Of a stretch of 64,000 nt of DNA, positions 1 to 9,412 are shown in pieces. Source of the stretch: Candidatus Anstonellales archaeon (GTDB taxonomy: Archaea > Micrarchaeota > Micrarchaeia > Anstonellales > J096); the NCBI GenBank assembly GCA_038890615.1, contig JAWAFI010000001.1:34611-98610 (forward strand). Direction: 5' to 3'. The notes beneath the pieces were generated by a model. That model did not search any database. It worked only from the letters and a program-made list of their open reading frames with translations, and was not told where the DNA came from. Numbering within the stretch: the first letter of the stretch is position 1; each line of letters opens with the position of its first letter. Position numbers and translations under genes: made by a program.

Positions 1-2379
1 TCTTAGGTTTAGTGTTGGGGTGTTCCATGCTGAGTCGTTTGCAGGGTCTAAAAGTGTAACATTTATATCGTCTCCCTCTGGGTCATCTGTTCCCCCTAGG
101 TCTATTAGGAATTGCCATGTTTCTGAGTATGCCCAGTTGCCTGCGTCGTCAACGCATGCCACTTCCCATTGGTGCTCACCCTCTGAAACATTCTCTCTCA
201 TAAAGCTCGTTACTGTGCCGTTTTGGCTTGGAATGGGCAGAATAGTGGAAGAATTGTTGTCTAAGATATGCAAGCAGGTAAGCTCGTCTGACATATCGTC
301 TTCAACGTACCACGAAAATGTAATATTAGATATGTTAAAAGTGGAGTTATTTGCAGGGGCTATTAATGTTATGTCAGAGGTTCCGTTACCTGTTGGAGGA
401 GTAGTGTCTATTGTGAAGTTCCAAGTATAAGAGTAGCCCCAGTTCCCGCCGTTATCTTGGCAACTTACATTCCAGAAGTGAATGCCTATATCTAAGCCGC
501 TTACTTCATAAGAAGTAACAGAGCCATTGTTGCTTGCTATGTTGGAAGCATTTAGAGAGCCATCTAAGTAGAGGCTACAGGTAAGCACGCTGTCTAAGTT
601 GTCCTCCACATACCAAGAAAGGTTTAAAGTGGTCTCATTCAAATTAGAGCCATCAGGAGGATCAACTAATGTTATTTCTATAGTATTGTTTCCTGAAGGA
701 GGAGTAAGGTCTATGAAGAACCCTCTAATACCATTGTTTGGCATAAAGTAATTCCCTGCATCGTCTTCACAAAACACTATCCAAGCATAAAATCCTTCCT
801 CTACTAAGCCATTCCCTGTTTTGTTAATTATTGTGCCGTTCGGGCTAGGCACATCTTCCATAAAGAGCCACCAAGGATTACTACCTCCTCCACAAGGAGA
901 AATCCCTGGAGTGCATAAAAACATATCACAGCTTAACTCTTCATCTATATTATCCTCAACATACCAGAGGAAATCAACAGAGGTAGTATTGAATGTAGGC
1001 CAGGGGATAGTTGCAGGATGTATTAATGTTATGTTGATAATCACATAATCAACTGTAAATACCCACTCCTCAGAATCAATTTGGGTTCCCAAACTATTTG
1101 TGCAATTTACATACCAAGTGTGTTCTCCCTGATCAAGAGGCCCTACCCTGATGGTAGTGTATGTGCCGTTTTGGCTAACTATGTCTGACACATTTACAAC
1201 CCCATCCAAGCTGAAGTTGCAAAGAACGCTTGCATCGTTAGGATCAGCAACGTACCAGGTAAAGTTCAAGTGCTCAGGAAGCCCTGAATTATTTTGCATT
1301 GTGTAATTTCTCCAGAATGAGCTGTTTGGAGGGCTGACCAAGTTCAAAACTGATGGGCTTGAAGATACTACGAAATACCATTTTTGTGAAGATGCCCAGT
1401 TGCCGACGCTGTCCCTACATTTTACCTGCCAAGAATGGGAACCATCTTGGACTGTTTTATTTAAGCTATTATTAGTGCCATTAAACGAGGTTATGTTTGA
1501 CTCATTTAACACACTATCTAAGTAATAATCGCATTGGAGGGTTGGCTCTGAATCATCGTAAGGAATCCACACAAATGTCAAGTCATTTGAGCTTAAAACA
1601 GAGCCATCATCAGGGTCATCTAATTCTACAGCAGTTGGTCCACTAAGGTCTATTGTAAAGAACCAGGTATCGGAGTAAGCAGTATTGCCTGCATCATCTG
1701 CACAGCTAACGCTCCAATTATGCAAACCTTCAGAAATGCCTCCTTTGCTTATTGTTTTGGCATATCCGCTTATCATTGTAGTAGTGGTATTCAACTGCCC
1801 ATCTAAGTACAAAGAACAATTAAGCGTCTTATCTAAATTGTCTTCTGCATACCAGGAGAAACTTATTGTGGTTACATTCCACACAGAATTATTTGGTGGT
1901 GAGATCAGGGATAGGGTGCTTGAGTTGTTATATCCTACTGGGGGATGTAAATCTATAGTGAATGGTTTGATCATACTATAGCAGTAAGCATATATTGGAT
2001 CGGGGTAAAATGCTACAGTAACTCTGCAACGCATGTACCAATCATAGTCACCCTCTGGCTTAATTCCAGTGCAGTTATGAATGCTGTTGTTAGGACCGCT
2101 ATACATGTTAAGGCTGCATGTGCCTGAAAGCACAGGAGAGCTGTTTACTAAAACAGTGCAGACAGGGTTACCTCCAGCATAATAGACCATCCTCCACACA
2201 AATTCAATAGAAGTGTTATTGGAAGAGAAACCTATTGGAGGAGCCAAGCCGTAAACATCACATCCTAAAGGCATTGGATACTCTAATAGAGGAGCGCTAA
2301 TAGTATTAATAAACCAAAAAAGTGCAAAGAAAATAGTCGCTAACCCTATTCCAGAAATGGTACTTGGTCTTTCAGTCAT
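1..2379 (-). CDS. Large secreted surface protein with tandem Ig-like repeats (3' end runs off the window)
   Basis: Absent from the ORF track because it has no stop in the window. ATG at 2379 follows GAGGGG and starts MTERPSTISGIGLATIFFALFWFINTISA. Repeated units of the form TLIxPxNxS...FSWYVEDN..C...W.V.C.DDAGNWAYSETWQF; bases 30..1 read AWNTPTLNLR in the same frame. Confidence 0.85.
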   Translation of the reverse strand, partial: MTERPSTISGIGLATIFFALFWFINTISAPLLEYPMPLGCDVYGLAPPIGFSSNNTSIEFVWRMVYYAGGNPVCTVLVNSSPVLSGTCSLNMYSGPNNSIHNCTGIKPEGDYDWYMRCRVTVAFYPDPIYAYCYSMIKPFTIDLHPPVGYNNSSTLSLISPPNNSVWNVTTISFSWYAEDNLDKTLNCSLYLDGQLNTTTTMISGYAKTISKGGISEGLHNWSVSCADDAGNTAYSDTWFFTIDLSGPTAVELDDPDDGSVLSSNDLTFVWIPYDDSEPTLQCDYYLDSVLNESNITSFNGTNNSLNKTVQDGSHSWQVKCRDSVGNWASSQKWYFVVSSSPSVLNLVSPPNSSFWRNYTMQNNSGLPEHLNFTWYVADPNDASVLCNFSLDGVVNVSDIVSQNGTYTTIRVGPLDQGEHTWYVNCTNSLGTQIDSEEWVFTVDYVIINITLIHPATIPWPTFNTTSVDFLWYVEDNIDEELSCDMFLCTPGISPCGGGSNPWWLFMEDVPSPNGTIINKTGNGLVEEGFYAWIVFCEDDAGNYFMPNNGIRGFFIDLTPPSGNNTIEITLVDPPDGSNLNETTLNLSWYVEDNLDSVLTCSLYLDGSLNASNIASNNGSVTSYEVSGLDIGIHFWNVSCQDNGGNWGYSYTWNFTIDTTPPTGNGTSDITLIAPANNSTFNISNITFSWYVEDDMSDELTCLHILDNNSSTILPIPSQNGTVTSFMRENVSEGEHQWEVACVDDAGNWAYSETWQFLIDLGGTDDPEGDDINVTLLDPANDSAWNTPTLNLR

Positions 2380-2428
2380 AAAACCCCTCTAATCTATATA
2401 TAAGGATATGTTTAAAAAGGTATTTTTA

Positions 2429-2500
2429 TGGACCGGAGGGGAGTTGAACCCCTGGCCTCTGCCTTGCGAAGGCAGCGTTCTGCCACTGAACTACCGGCCC
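2429..2500 (-). tRNA. tRNA-Ala(CGC)
   Basis: GGGCCGG...CCGGTCCA acceptor stem, anticodon arm CTGCC-TTCGCAA-GGCAG, T-loop GGTTCAAC; no encoded CCA tail. Confidence 0.95.
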
Positions 2501-2502
2501 AT

Positions 2503-3417
2503 TTATGCCCTTCCTTCAGCAAGAGGGGAATAAAGTTGTATAAGGAATTCGTTCCCCCTTGGGTTCATTGATGATCTCAACAGCAAGAATGAAACTTCTT
2601 CTTTATTCTGTGAAAGCAAAAGGCATTGATGGCCTGCTGCGCAGGAAGCAAATGAAGCAAACAGCTCAAACTCCTTCTTCTGTACCTCCTGAGGTGCCTC
2701 CTTTTGTGCCAGGTGGTTAAAATAAACTTCTCTTACTTGGCTCTCAAGCTCTTGGGCCCTCTTTAGTATATCTCCTATCTTCTCTTTTTTTAAAGACCTA
2801 TCAACAGCATCCCTATATGCGATTACCCTTTGCTTTGAATTCGTTGGAAGTTGGTTAAAGGGAACAAGCATATGCTTGGCAAGCTCTTCTTCTTTTAATT
2901 TTCCTTCTATGTAATCATCCAAAAATTTCTTATGATAATCAGTAAATTCTCTGAACATCTCCTCTGGGTTCCTTAACTCTATAGGCAATTCTTCTGGCTT
3001 CTTCCCAAAACCCCTGTACTTTTCGTCAAAATCCTCTATTTTGGAGGTCAACAATATAGGGTCAATAGCCAAGGCTACTGCTCCTCCTGCAGGGTCAGAA
3101 GAAGGGCTTTGGTAAATGAAGGTTTCTCTAATAAAGCATTCTTTAATCTGAATAGGAGCAATAGGAGAATAGATGAAGTTTTCAACCATCTTCAATGCCT
3201 CTTCTTCAGACCTGTTTCCAGCCACCAAGGCCTCAATTACCAACGGTACTGTTTCTTGTGAAACTTTCAAAGCTTCCTCTTTGCTTATATTCATGTTCTC
3301 TCTTTTACTTATTTCGTGGAGCAGTTCTGCAAAACGGGCTTCCACACGAGCATATATGTTTTGAGCTTCTTCAACCTCTCCTATTTGTTGTTCTGGATAA
3401 AAACTAACTTTGCTCAT
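2503..3417 (-). CDS. Hypothetical protein (E/K-rich, helical)
   Basis: 304-aa ORF with TTTAAATA about 22 nt upstream; no recognisable motif. Confidence 0.7.
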   Translation of the reverse strand: MSKVSFYPEQQIGEVEEAQNIYARVEARFAELLHEISKRENMNISKEEALKVSQETVPLVIEALVAGNRSEEEALKMVENFIYSPIAPIQIKECFIRETFIYQSPSSDPAGGAVALAIDPILLTSKIEDFDEKYRGFGKKPEELPIELRNPEEMFREFTDYHKKFLDDYIEGKLKEEELAKHMLVPFNQLPTNSKQRVIAYRDAVDRSLKKEKIGDILKRAQELESQVREVYFNHLAQKEAPQEVQKKEFELFASFASCAAGHQCLLLSQNKEEVSFLLLRSSMNPRGNEFLIQLYSPLAEGRA

Positions 3418-3448
3418 GCAATATCAACCCAACTGGTATTTAAATAAT

Positions 3449-3521
3449 TAGCCCCGACCGGATTCGAACCGGTGTCTGCAGGTCCAAAGCCTGCCATCCT
3501 TGTCCGCTAGACGACGGGGCT
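3449..3521 (-). tRNA. tRNA-Gln(TTG)
   Basis: AGCCCCG...CGGGGCTA acceptor stem, anticodon arm GCAGG-CTTTGGA-CCTGC, GGTTCGAAT T-loop. Confidence 0.95.
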
Positions 3522-3559
3522 TTAGATATGTTTTAAAAGGATAGTGATTAAAAAGCATT

Positions 3560-4447
3560 ATGGATTCTAAGAAGGTGAAGGTAGCTGCAGGAATAATAAT
3601 AGGGCTGGCTATTTTTTCTGTGATAGCTATTGCTGGTATAGTTTATTTGCTCCATCTCCCGATAGGAGGCAAGTGTGTTGCAGTGATAAAAATAGACCAA
3701 GAGATAACCACAGAGGGTGAAAAAGGCATTTTTGGGCCATTAAGCTTGGGCTCTGACGAGATTGCAGCAGTGATTAAGGATGTAGATGAGAGAGATGATG
3801 TTGGGGCTGTGCTTTTTGTGGTCAACTCACCAGGAGGCTCTGTGGTGGGGAGCAGGGAGATATACCTTGCAGTGGAGCAGATGAAGAAGCCAAAGGTTGT
3901 GTACATGAGGGAAGTTGCTGGCTCAGGAGCTTATTACATAAGCGCCCCTGCTGACTACATTTATGCAGACCCAAATACGCTAACAGGAAGCATAGGGGTT
4001 GTTGCCACTTTCACAGACCTTTCTAGGCTCTTTGAGATGCTCGGCATAAATATGACAAGCATAACTTCTGGAGACATGAAAGATATAGGGAGCCCATCGC
4101 GTCCAATGACTGAAAAGGAAAGGGCAATAGTGCAAGGAATTGTAGATGAGGTTTTCCAGGATTTCAAAGGGGTAGTGTTAAAGCACAGGGGAAATAAGCT
4201 CAATATGGAAAAATTCAACGAGGTGCTTGACGGCAGGATTTTAACAGGGAGGCAGGCAAAGGCAATAGGTTTAATAGATGACACAGGCACAATGGAAGAT
4301 GCAATAAAGAAGGCAATGGAGCTTGGAGGTATAGAAGAGAGGAACATATGCGAAATAGACATGGCAGAGCAAAGCATGCTTGGAAGCCTTTACAATGAAA
4401 TAATGAGACCTTCTGCAAAGAAAAGAGTAACGCTGAATTATGAATAG
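3560..4447 (+). CDS. sppA: Signal peptide peptidase SppA (S49)
   Basis: N-terminal TM helix; NSPGGS, AGSGAYYIS, TGSIGV, KDIGSP and DGRILTGRQA motifs. Confidence 0.93.
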   Translation: MDSKKVKVAAGIIIGLAIFSVIAIAGIVYLLHLPIGGKCVAVIKIDQEITTEGEKGIFGPLSLGSDEIAAVIKDVDERDDVGAVLFVVNSPGGSVVGSREIYLAVEQMKKPKVVYMREVAGSGAYYISAPADYIYADPNTLTGSIGVVATFTDLSRLFEMLGINMTSITSGDMKDIGSPSRPMTEKERAIVQGIVDEVFQDFKGVVLKHRGNKLNMEKFNEVLDGRILTGRQAKAIGLIDDTGTMEDAIKKAMELGGIEERNICEIDMAEQSMLGSLYNEIMRPSAKKRVTLNYE

Positions 4448-4748
4448 GAAAAGGATTTCGCCAGCAATTTTCCTATTGGCTTTTGGCTTACTTGCAATTG
4501 TTTTGATTATGGCATGGCAACTTGGGAAGAACACACAGCCAGAATGCAATGAAGGAGAGGTAAAGGAATGCTTAAAAGGGGATTGCGTTGGAAGCACCTA
4601 TTGCTATAATGGGAAATGGGGCCCATGCATAATCCCGCATGTATGCAAGCCAGGGAGCACTGTTGGGTGCTATGTGAAGGGATGCGGGGCCGGCTATAAA
4701 ACATGCAATGAGTGCGGAAGCGGTTATTCAGAGTGTTTTGTTGGCTAA
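4440..4748 (+). CDS. Small membrane-anchored Cys-rich protein
   Basis: Overlaps the sppA stop; N-terminal TM then a duplicated C..G...C..G.C..G...C module. Confidence 0.7.
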   Translation: MNRKRISPAIFLLAFGLLAIVLIMAWQLGKNTQPECNEGEVKECLKGDCVGSTYCYNGKWGPCIIPHVCKPGSTVGCYVKGCGAGYKTCNECGSGYSECFVG

Positions 4749-7700
4749 GCCTCTTCCTTCTTCTTTCTCCTACTGAGCCAGAAGAATATGAATATAAGGG
4801 CAAGCACAAAGAAAAGCAATAGGAAATTCTTTATGCCAAGGTCGATTACTGTGTCCAGCAGAGAGCCTCTTGTAGATTCCTTTGCCAAAAGGATTGCATA
4901 GCTTTTGTCGCCCATCTTGAACTCGTAGTAGCCTGTTTTTTCAACCTTGAGGGTGTATGTTCCTTCGCTGCTGGTTTTTAGGCTAATGGTGTTCCCATCA
5001 GGGTCTATTACTACAAAGCTTAGGGATGCTGGGTTTCCGTTTGCTGTTGTTGTCACTGTAACGCTTTGATCTATAAACGTCTCGTTCTTGTCTAAGGTCA
5101 GGTTAAGGGTTGCGTTTGATTCTGGTCCTGTTTGGCCTTCAGTGGTTTGGTTTGTTTGGTTTTGCTCGGTTTTATTTTCCTTGCAGGGCGGCACTGACAA
5201 GTAGATGCTCTCTGTTTCATAGCCTTCCTTAGAAGCTGTTATGCTGTATGTTCCCTCTGGAGCAGAGAAGAAGAACACCCCTTGCTGGTCAGTGAGGCCC
5301 CTAGCTACTACCTGCCCTATTGTGCTTATTGTGGTTACCAAAGCATTTGGCATTGGGCTTCCTTCAGAGGAAACCTTTACAGTGCCTTTTGATTCGCATG
5401 AATAAGAAGCCTCTATGTCCAAAGGAAGCAATGGCTCTGGGCAATCCTGGGTTGTTATTGATTGCTCTGCTGCCCCGTATGATTGGTGGTATGCTTTTAC
5501 AGTGTAATAAGTGGATTCCATTGCAGGGTAAGTGAAAATGCCTGCTGTTGCCTGCTCAACAAGGGCTTGACCCTGGTAAATCTCTATTGAAGCCCCTTCT
5601 TTTGTTCTTATTGTGAGCTGCACGCCACCACCCTCTACACAAGTTTGGGCCAATGAAAGGGCCAATCCTTGGCATGAGAACGAAACTGTTGCCTGCTCTC
5701 TTTCATAGCCTGATTTAGCCACTTCAAGCTGGTAGTAGCCTGGGCTGGCATAAAGGTAGGCAGTGCCATTCTCTGTTGTGTTTGAGGCTATTATGCTTAA
5801 TGAGGAGTATAGGTAGGCTGTTGCACCCTCTATCCTCTTGCCCTTGCTGAAAACCTCTACCTTTATCATGTTCGGGCAATAGGTTTCTATTGAAAGCGAA
5901 AGCCTTTCGTTTTGGGATGATGGCTGGGTTATTATCTCAAACACCCATTCTTCTGATGCTACTTTATTGCCTGCATTATCCCTGCATTCTACTTTCCATG
6001 CATAAGTTCCTAGGCCTAAACCTCCAACAGTTATGTCTGTTATAGTGCCGCTTTGGCTTGTTGTTGATTGGTTAAGGGAATTGTTTAGGTAGAAATCACA
6101 GTCTAACTCCTGGTCCAGGTTGTCCTCAACATACCAGGAAAAGTTTAGGGTTGTGGCTGTCCATGTTGAGCCATTTTCTGGCTCTATAAGGGTTACTGCT
6201 GAGGAGCTGTTGCCTGATGGAGGGCTAGTGTCTATTGTGAATTGCCATGTTTCTGAATAAGCCCAGTTGCCTGCATCGTCTCTGCAGTTGACATGCCATG
6301 TGTGGAATCCTTGGGAAAGGCCTCCTTGGATTAAAGAGGTTATTGTGGCGTTTGTGCTTGGTATGTTAAGCTGGGTTATTGTGTCATTGCCTTGGATGTA
6401 GAAGTCGCATAGGAGCACTGGGTCTAAGTTGTCCTCAACATACCAAGAGAACTGCAATGAGGTTGTGTTGTGCCATGAATCATTTGGAGGGGCTATTAGG
6501 GTTACTGCTGAGGAGCTGTTGCCTGATGGAGGGCTAGTGTCTATTGTGAATTGCCATGTTTGGCTTGTGCCTGAATTGGAAGATTGGTCTGTGCATGAGA
6601 CATTCCAATAATAGGTGCCTTCTGAAAGGCCAGAAGTCGGGGTTGAAACAGTTGAGCCTGAGTCTATGGCTACGGAGCTTATTACTGTGCCATTTAGGGT
6701 TACGTTGCATTCCAATAGGAAGCTCCCGCTGTCTGTGGCATTCCATACTAGGGATGGATTTGTTATATTTAATGAAGAGCTGTTTGGCGGGCTTGTTAGG
6801 GTTATTACTGGAGGCTGGGTGTCATAGCAGGACCTCCTGCATCCTGTGTAGCCTATGTCATTCCAACCGTCTGGGGTGTCGCAGGAGTTGTTTGTTCCTG
6901 TTGATGTTGACCAATTGGAGGAGTTGAAGTCTTGGGCATTGAAGCAGACATAGTTGAAGTTTATTGAAGAGAAGTTTGATGTTGGGAAGCCTGATGAATT
7001 GGTTGGGGAGAAAATGCCTATTAGTGATGAGTTGTATATCCTGTTCAAGTAAATTGTTGTGTTGGAGGAGTTTGCCAAGAACAGGCCATACCTGGTCTTA
7101 AACACATAGTTTGAGATAAGCCTCGCCCCAACAGCCCTTTCTAGCCTTATCCCGCTATATGGATAAAGGATAGAGTTGTTCTCCAAGGTGTTGTTTATGG
7201 ATGAGTTTACAACAATTCCAACCTGGGAAGGTGCAGAGGTGTTTGAGATCGTGTTGCTTATTATTGAGTTGTTGTCGCTTTGGATTGTTTGGATTCCTAT
7301 AAATGGATTCCTTATGGTGTTTCCTTCGATTAGGTTGTTTGCACCTAGATACACTAGTATCCCATCCCCTCCGTTGTTTGCTATGGTGTTGCTTAATACT
7401 TGTGAGCTTGAAACAGAGCATAGGTAAATGAGGCTGTAGTTTGAGGTGTTTTGCAATGAAAGGCCTGAGGACTGCTTGAGGTATAGTATAGGCCTTCCCC
7501 CTGAGCCTAGGTTTGTGGTGTCTATGTTGTTGTCGCAGTTTCCTGTGACAAAGATTGAATAGGTGCTGTTGCTCATGTTGTTGTTTGAGAGGTTGTTGCC
7601 TGAAGAGTCTTTGAGATAGATGCCTATGCTGTAGCGGCTTATGCTGTTGTTCTCTACTGTATTTGATGGTGAGTTAGAAAGGGAAATTGAGGGGGATGTG

Positions 7701-9235
7701 TAGGAATAGGTGTAAGATGCCCTTATGGTATTGTTGTAAACCTTTGAAGAGGAGGTTGAGTATAGGTTTATAGGTATTAGGGTTGATGGGTTGTTTTCAA
7801 GCGTGTTGAAGTATATGGAGCTGTTTGAACATTCGTATAGGTATATTGAACTAATGTTGTATTGTGTGTTGTTGTAGACTGTAATGTTATTAGAGTTGTA
7901 GGCAAAGATCTTAGAATACCCATAACCTTTGTTATGCCTTACTATGCTGTTGGGGGTATAAGAAAGGTATGTAATATGGGATTCATAGGGGCTTGAATTA
8001 ACTGCTGAGTTTTCAACTAATATGGAATCTGAGCTCCATGAATATACAGCCATTGTAACATTGGTAAAGCTGCTATTCGTTACATTGATTCTTTTTGAAT
8101 TCGTTATAACTATAGCATATGTCCAGTTGCCATTATTGAAAGTTATGTTGTTTATACTCGAATCAGTTACATTGCATAGTGCTATCTCATCATATTCGTC
8201 TGTCTTGTTTTCTATCAGTATTCCAGAGGTGTCGCTGTAATAAAGTATTGGCTTCCCAGTAGACCCAGTGTTTGAGGTATCTATGTAATTGTTGCAAGGA
8301 GGTGTATTGGGCAAGATTGGAAGCTTTGCATAAATCGTGTTATTTGTTATGTTTAAGAAAGAACATGCATCTAACCTTATTCCTACACGCGCTGCAATTA
8401 AGTTATTAGCTATAGTTGCATTTTTAGTATAAAGGTTACATAAAATTGTTGTTCCTTGGAACTTGAAAGAGTTGTTTCTTATATTCAATAAGGTTGATGT
8501 GTAAATGACCATGGAAGATATATTACTATTCTGTATAGTCACGTTATAGGAATCAGAAACTTCTATGAAAGTTCCGTATACATTTTGAGGCACAGTAACA
8601 TTAGACAAAGTTCCATTTGTTATGTTGCACAATATAATCATATCATAAGCAGCAGTATTCTCCAAAGTTGTGCCTATGCCATCATGCAAATAAAGTATTG
8701 GCTTCCCTGTTGGGCCTATGTTCGTAGTGTCTATGGTATGATTACAACCTGAATAAATAGAGAGTGGGACATAATCTAAAATGGAGTTAGTGAAGCTGTT
8801 GTTCTTGAGATTTGCTGAATTGGTTTTGTAAAGTTCTAAAAAAGAATAACTCGTTCTAAAAATATTGTTTTCAATTGTTATGTTAGTGGAATTCCAAATA
8901 GACAAACCTCCATAAGTATTAGTATTAGAGCTAACGCCTAGCACACAGTTTCTTATAGTAAGGTTTTCCTTCCCATTAATGCGTATAACATACTCTTGAT
9001 TATAAACTGAATGGCTCAATGAATTCCCTTGGCAGTCAAAAACCTTGTTTGATATGTTTTGCGGGTTGTTGATAATAGGGGCAGTATCTGAAATAGAGCT
9101 TGTAAGCAAAACAACATCACAAGAGGCATTGTTAAGGGCGTTGTTGCAAGAAGTCTTAGAATCGCAATAGCAAGTATCAGCATAAGCTAAGGACAAAAAG
9201 GTTAAGATGAAAACTAGAATGCTGGCGCCTCTCAT
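4745..9235 (-). CDS. Large surface protein: parallel beta-helix (NosD/CASH-like) region, Ig-like repeats, carboxypeptidase-regulatory-like domains, C-terminal TM anchor
   Basis: 1496 aa; signal peptide; Asn-rich repeats (NNTI, GIYL); three C.N.IDT.N.G..G[KR]PILY units; TM followed by RRKKK. Confidence 0.85.
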   Translation of the reverse strand: MRGASILVFILTFLSLAYADTCYCDSKTSCNNALNNASCDVVLLTSSISDTAPIINNPQNISNKVFDCQGNSLSHSVYNQEYVIRINGKENLTIRNCVLGVSSNTNTYGGLSIWNSTNITIENNIFRTSYSFLELYKTNSANLKNNSFTNSILDYVPLSIYSGCNHTIDTTNIGPTGKPILYLHDGIGTTLENTAAYDMIILCNITNGTLSNVTVPQNVYGTFIEVSDSYNVTIQNSNISSMVIYTSTLLNIRNNSFKFQGTTILCNLYTKNATIANNLIAARVGIRLDACSFLNITNNTIYAKLPILPNTPPCNNYIDTSNTGSTGKPILYYSDTSGILIENKTDEYDEIALCNVTDSSINNITFNNGNWTYAIVITNSKRINVTNSSFTNVTMAVYSWSSDSILVENSAVNSSPYESHITYLSYTPNSIVRHNKGYGYSKIFAYNSNNITVYNNTQYNISSIYLYECSNSSIYFNTLENNPSTLIPINLYSTSSSKVYNNTIRASYTYSYTSPSISLSNSPSNTVENNSISRYSIGIYLKDSSGNNLSNNNMSNSTYSIFVTGNCDNNIDTTNLGSGGRPILYLKQSSGLSLQNTSNYSLIYLCSVSSSQVLSNTIANNGGDGILVYLGANNLIEGNTIRNPFIGIQTIQSDNNSIISNTISNTSAPSQVGIVVNSSINNTLENNSILYPYSGIRLERAVGARLISNYVFKTRYGLFLANSSNTTIYLNRIYNSSLIGIFSPTNSSGFPTSNFSSINFNYVCFNAQDFNSSNWSTSTGTNNSCDTPDGWNDIGYTGCRRSCYDTQPPVITLTSPPNSSSLNITNPSLVWNATDSGSFLLECNVTLNGTVISSVAIDSGSTVSTPTSGLSEGTYYWNVSCTDQSSNSGTSQTWQFTIDTSPPSGNSSSAVTLIAPPNDSWHNTTSLQFSWYVEDNLDPVLLCDFYIQGNDTITQLNIPSTNATITSLIQGGLSQGFHTWHVNCRDDAGNWAYSETWQFTIDTSPPSGNSSSAVTLIEPENGSTWTATTLNFSWYVEDNLDQELDCDFYLNNSLNQSTTSQSGTITDITVGGLGLGTYAWKVECRDNAGNKVASEEWVFEIITQPSSQNERLSLSIETYCPNMIKVEVFSKGKRIEGATAYLYSSLSIIASNTTENGTAYLYASPGYYQLEVAKSGYEREQATVSFSCQGLALSLAQTCVEGGGVQLTIRTKEGASIEIYQGQALVEQATAGIFTYPAMESTYYTVKAYHQSYGAAEQSITTQDCPEPLLPLDIEASYSCESKGTVKVSSEGSPMPNALVTTISTIGQVVARGLTDQQGVFFFSAPEGTYSITASKEGYETESIYLSVPPCKENKTEQNQTNQTTEGQTGPESNATLNLTLDKNETFIDQSVTVTTTANGNPASLSFVVIDPDGNTISLKTSSEGTYTLKVEKTGYYEFKMGDKSYAILLAKESTRGSLLDTVIDLGIKNFLLLFFVLALIFIFFWLSRRKKKEEA
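6189..6561. repeat. Exact 64-bp direct repeat (6189-6252 and 6498-6561) inside the surface-protein gene
   Basis: agggttactgctgaggagctgttgcctgatggagggctagtgtctattgtgaattgccatgttt occurs twice and encodes TWQFTIDTSPPSGNSSSAVTL. Confidence 0.9.
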
Positions 9236-9327
9236 ATTTGCACCCCCAAATACTTTATAATGTATTAATTAAAAAGCTTTTCTATTGCACCAACTGTTTT
9301 ATAAATACCAAGCAATGAACAATAAAA

Positions 9328-9411
9328 GCCGAGGTGGCAGAGTCCGGCAATGCGCACGACTTGAGATCGTGTGCCCGAAAGGGCATGGGGGTTCAAATCC
9401 CTCCCTCGGCG
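9328..9411 (+). tRNA. tRNA-Ser(TGA)
   Basis: GCCGAGG...CCTCGGCG acceptor stem, anticodon arm CACGA-CTTGAGA-TCGTG, long variable arm TGCCC-GAAA-GGGCA, G73. Confidence 0.95.
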
Positions 9412-9412
9412 T

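Noticed and set aside
20..1981. Plus-strand ORFs 20-430, 821-1048 and 1685-1981
   Set aside because: Antisense shadows of the minus-strand surface-protein gene (1-2379). The same applies to most short ORFs opposite long genes throughout the track.
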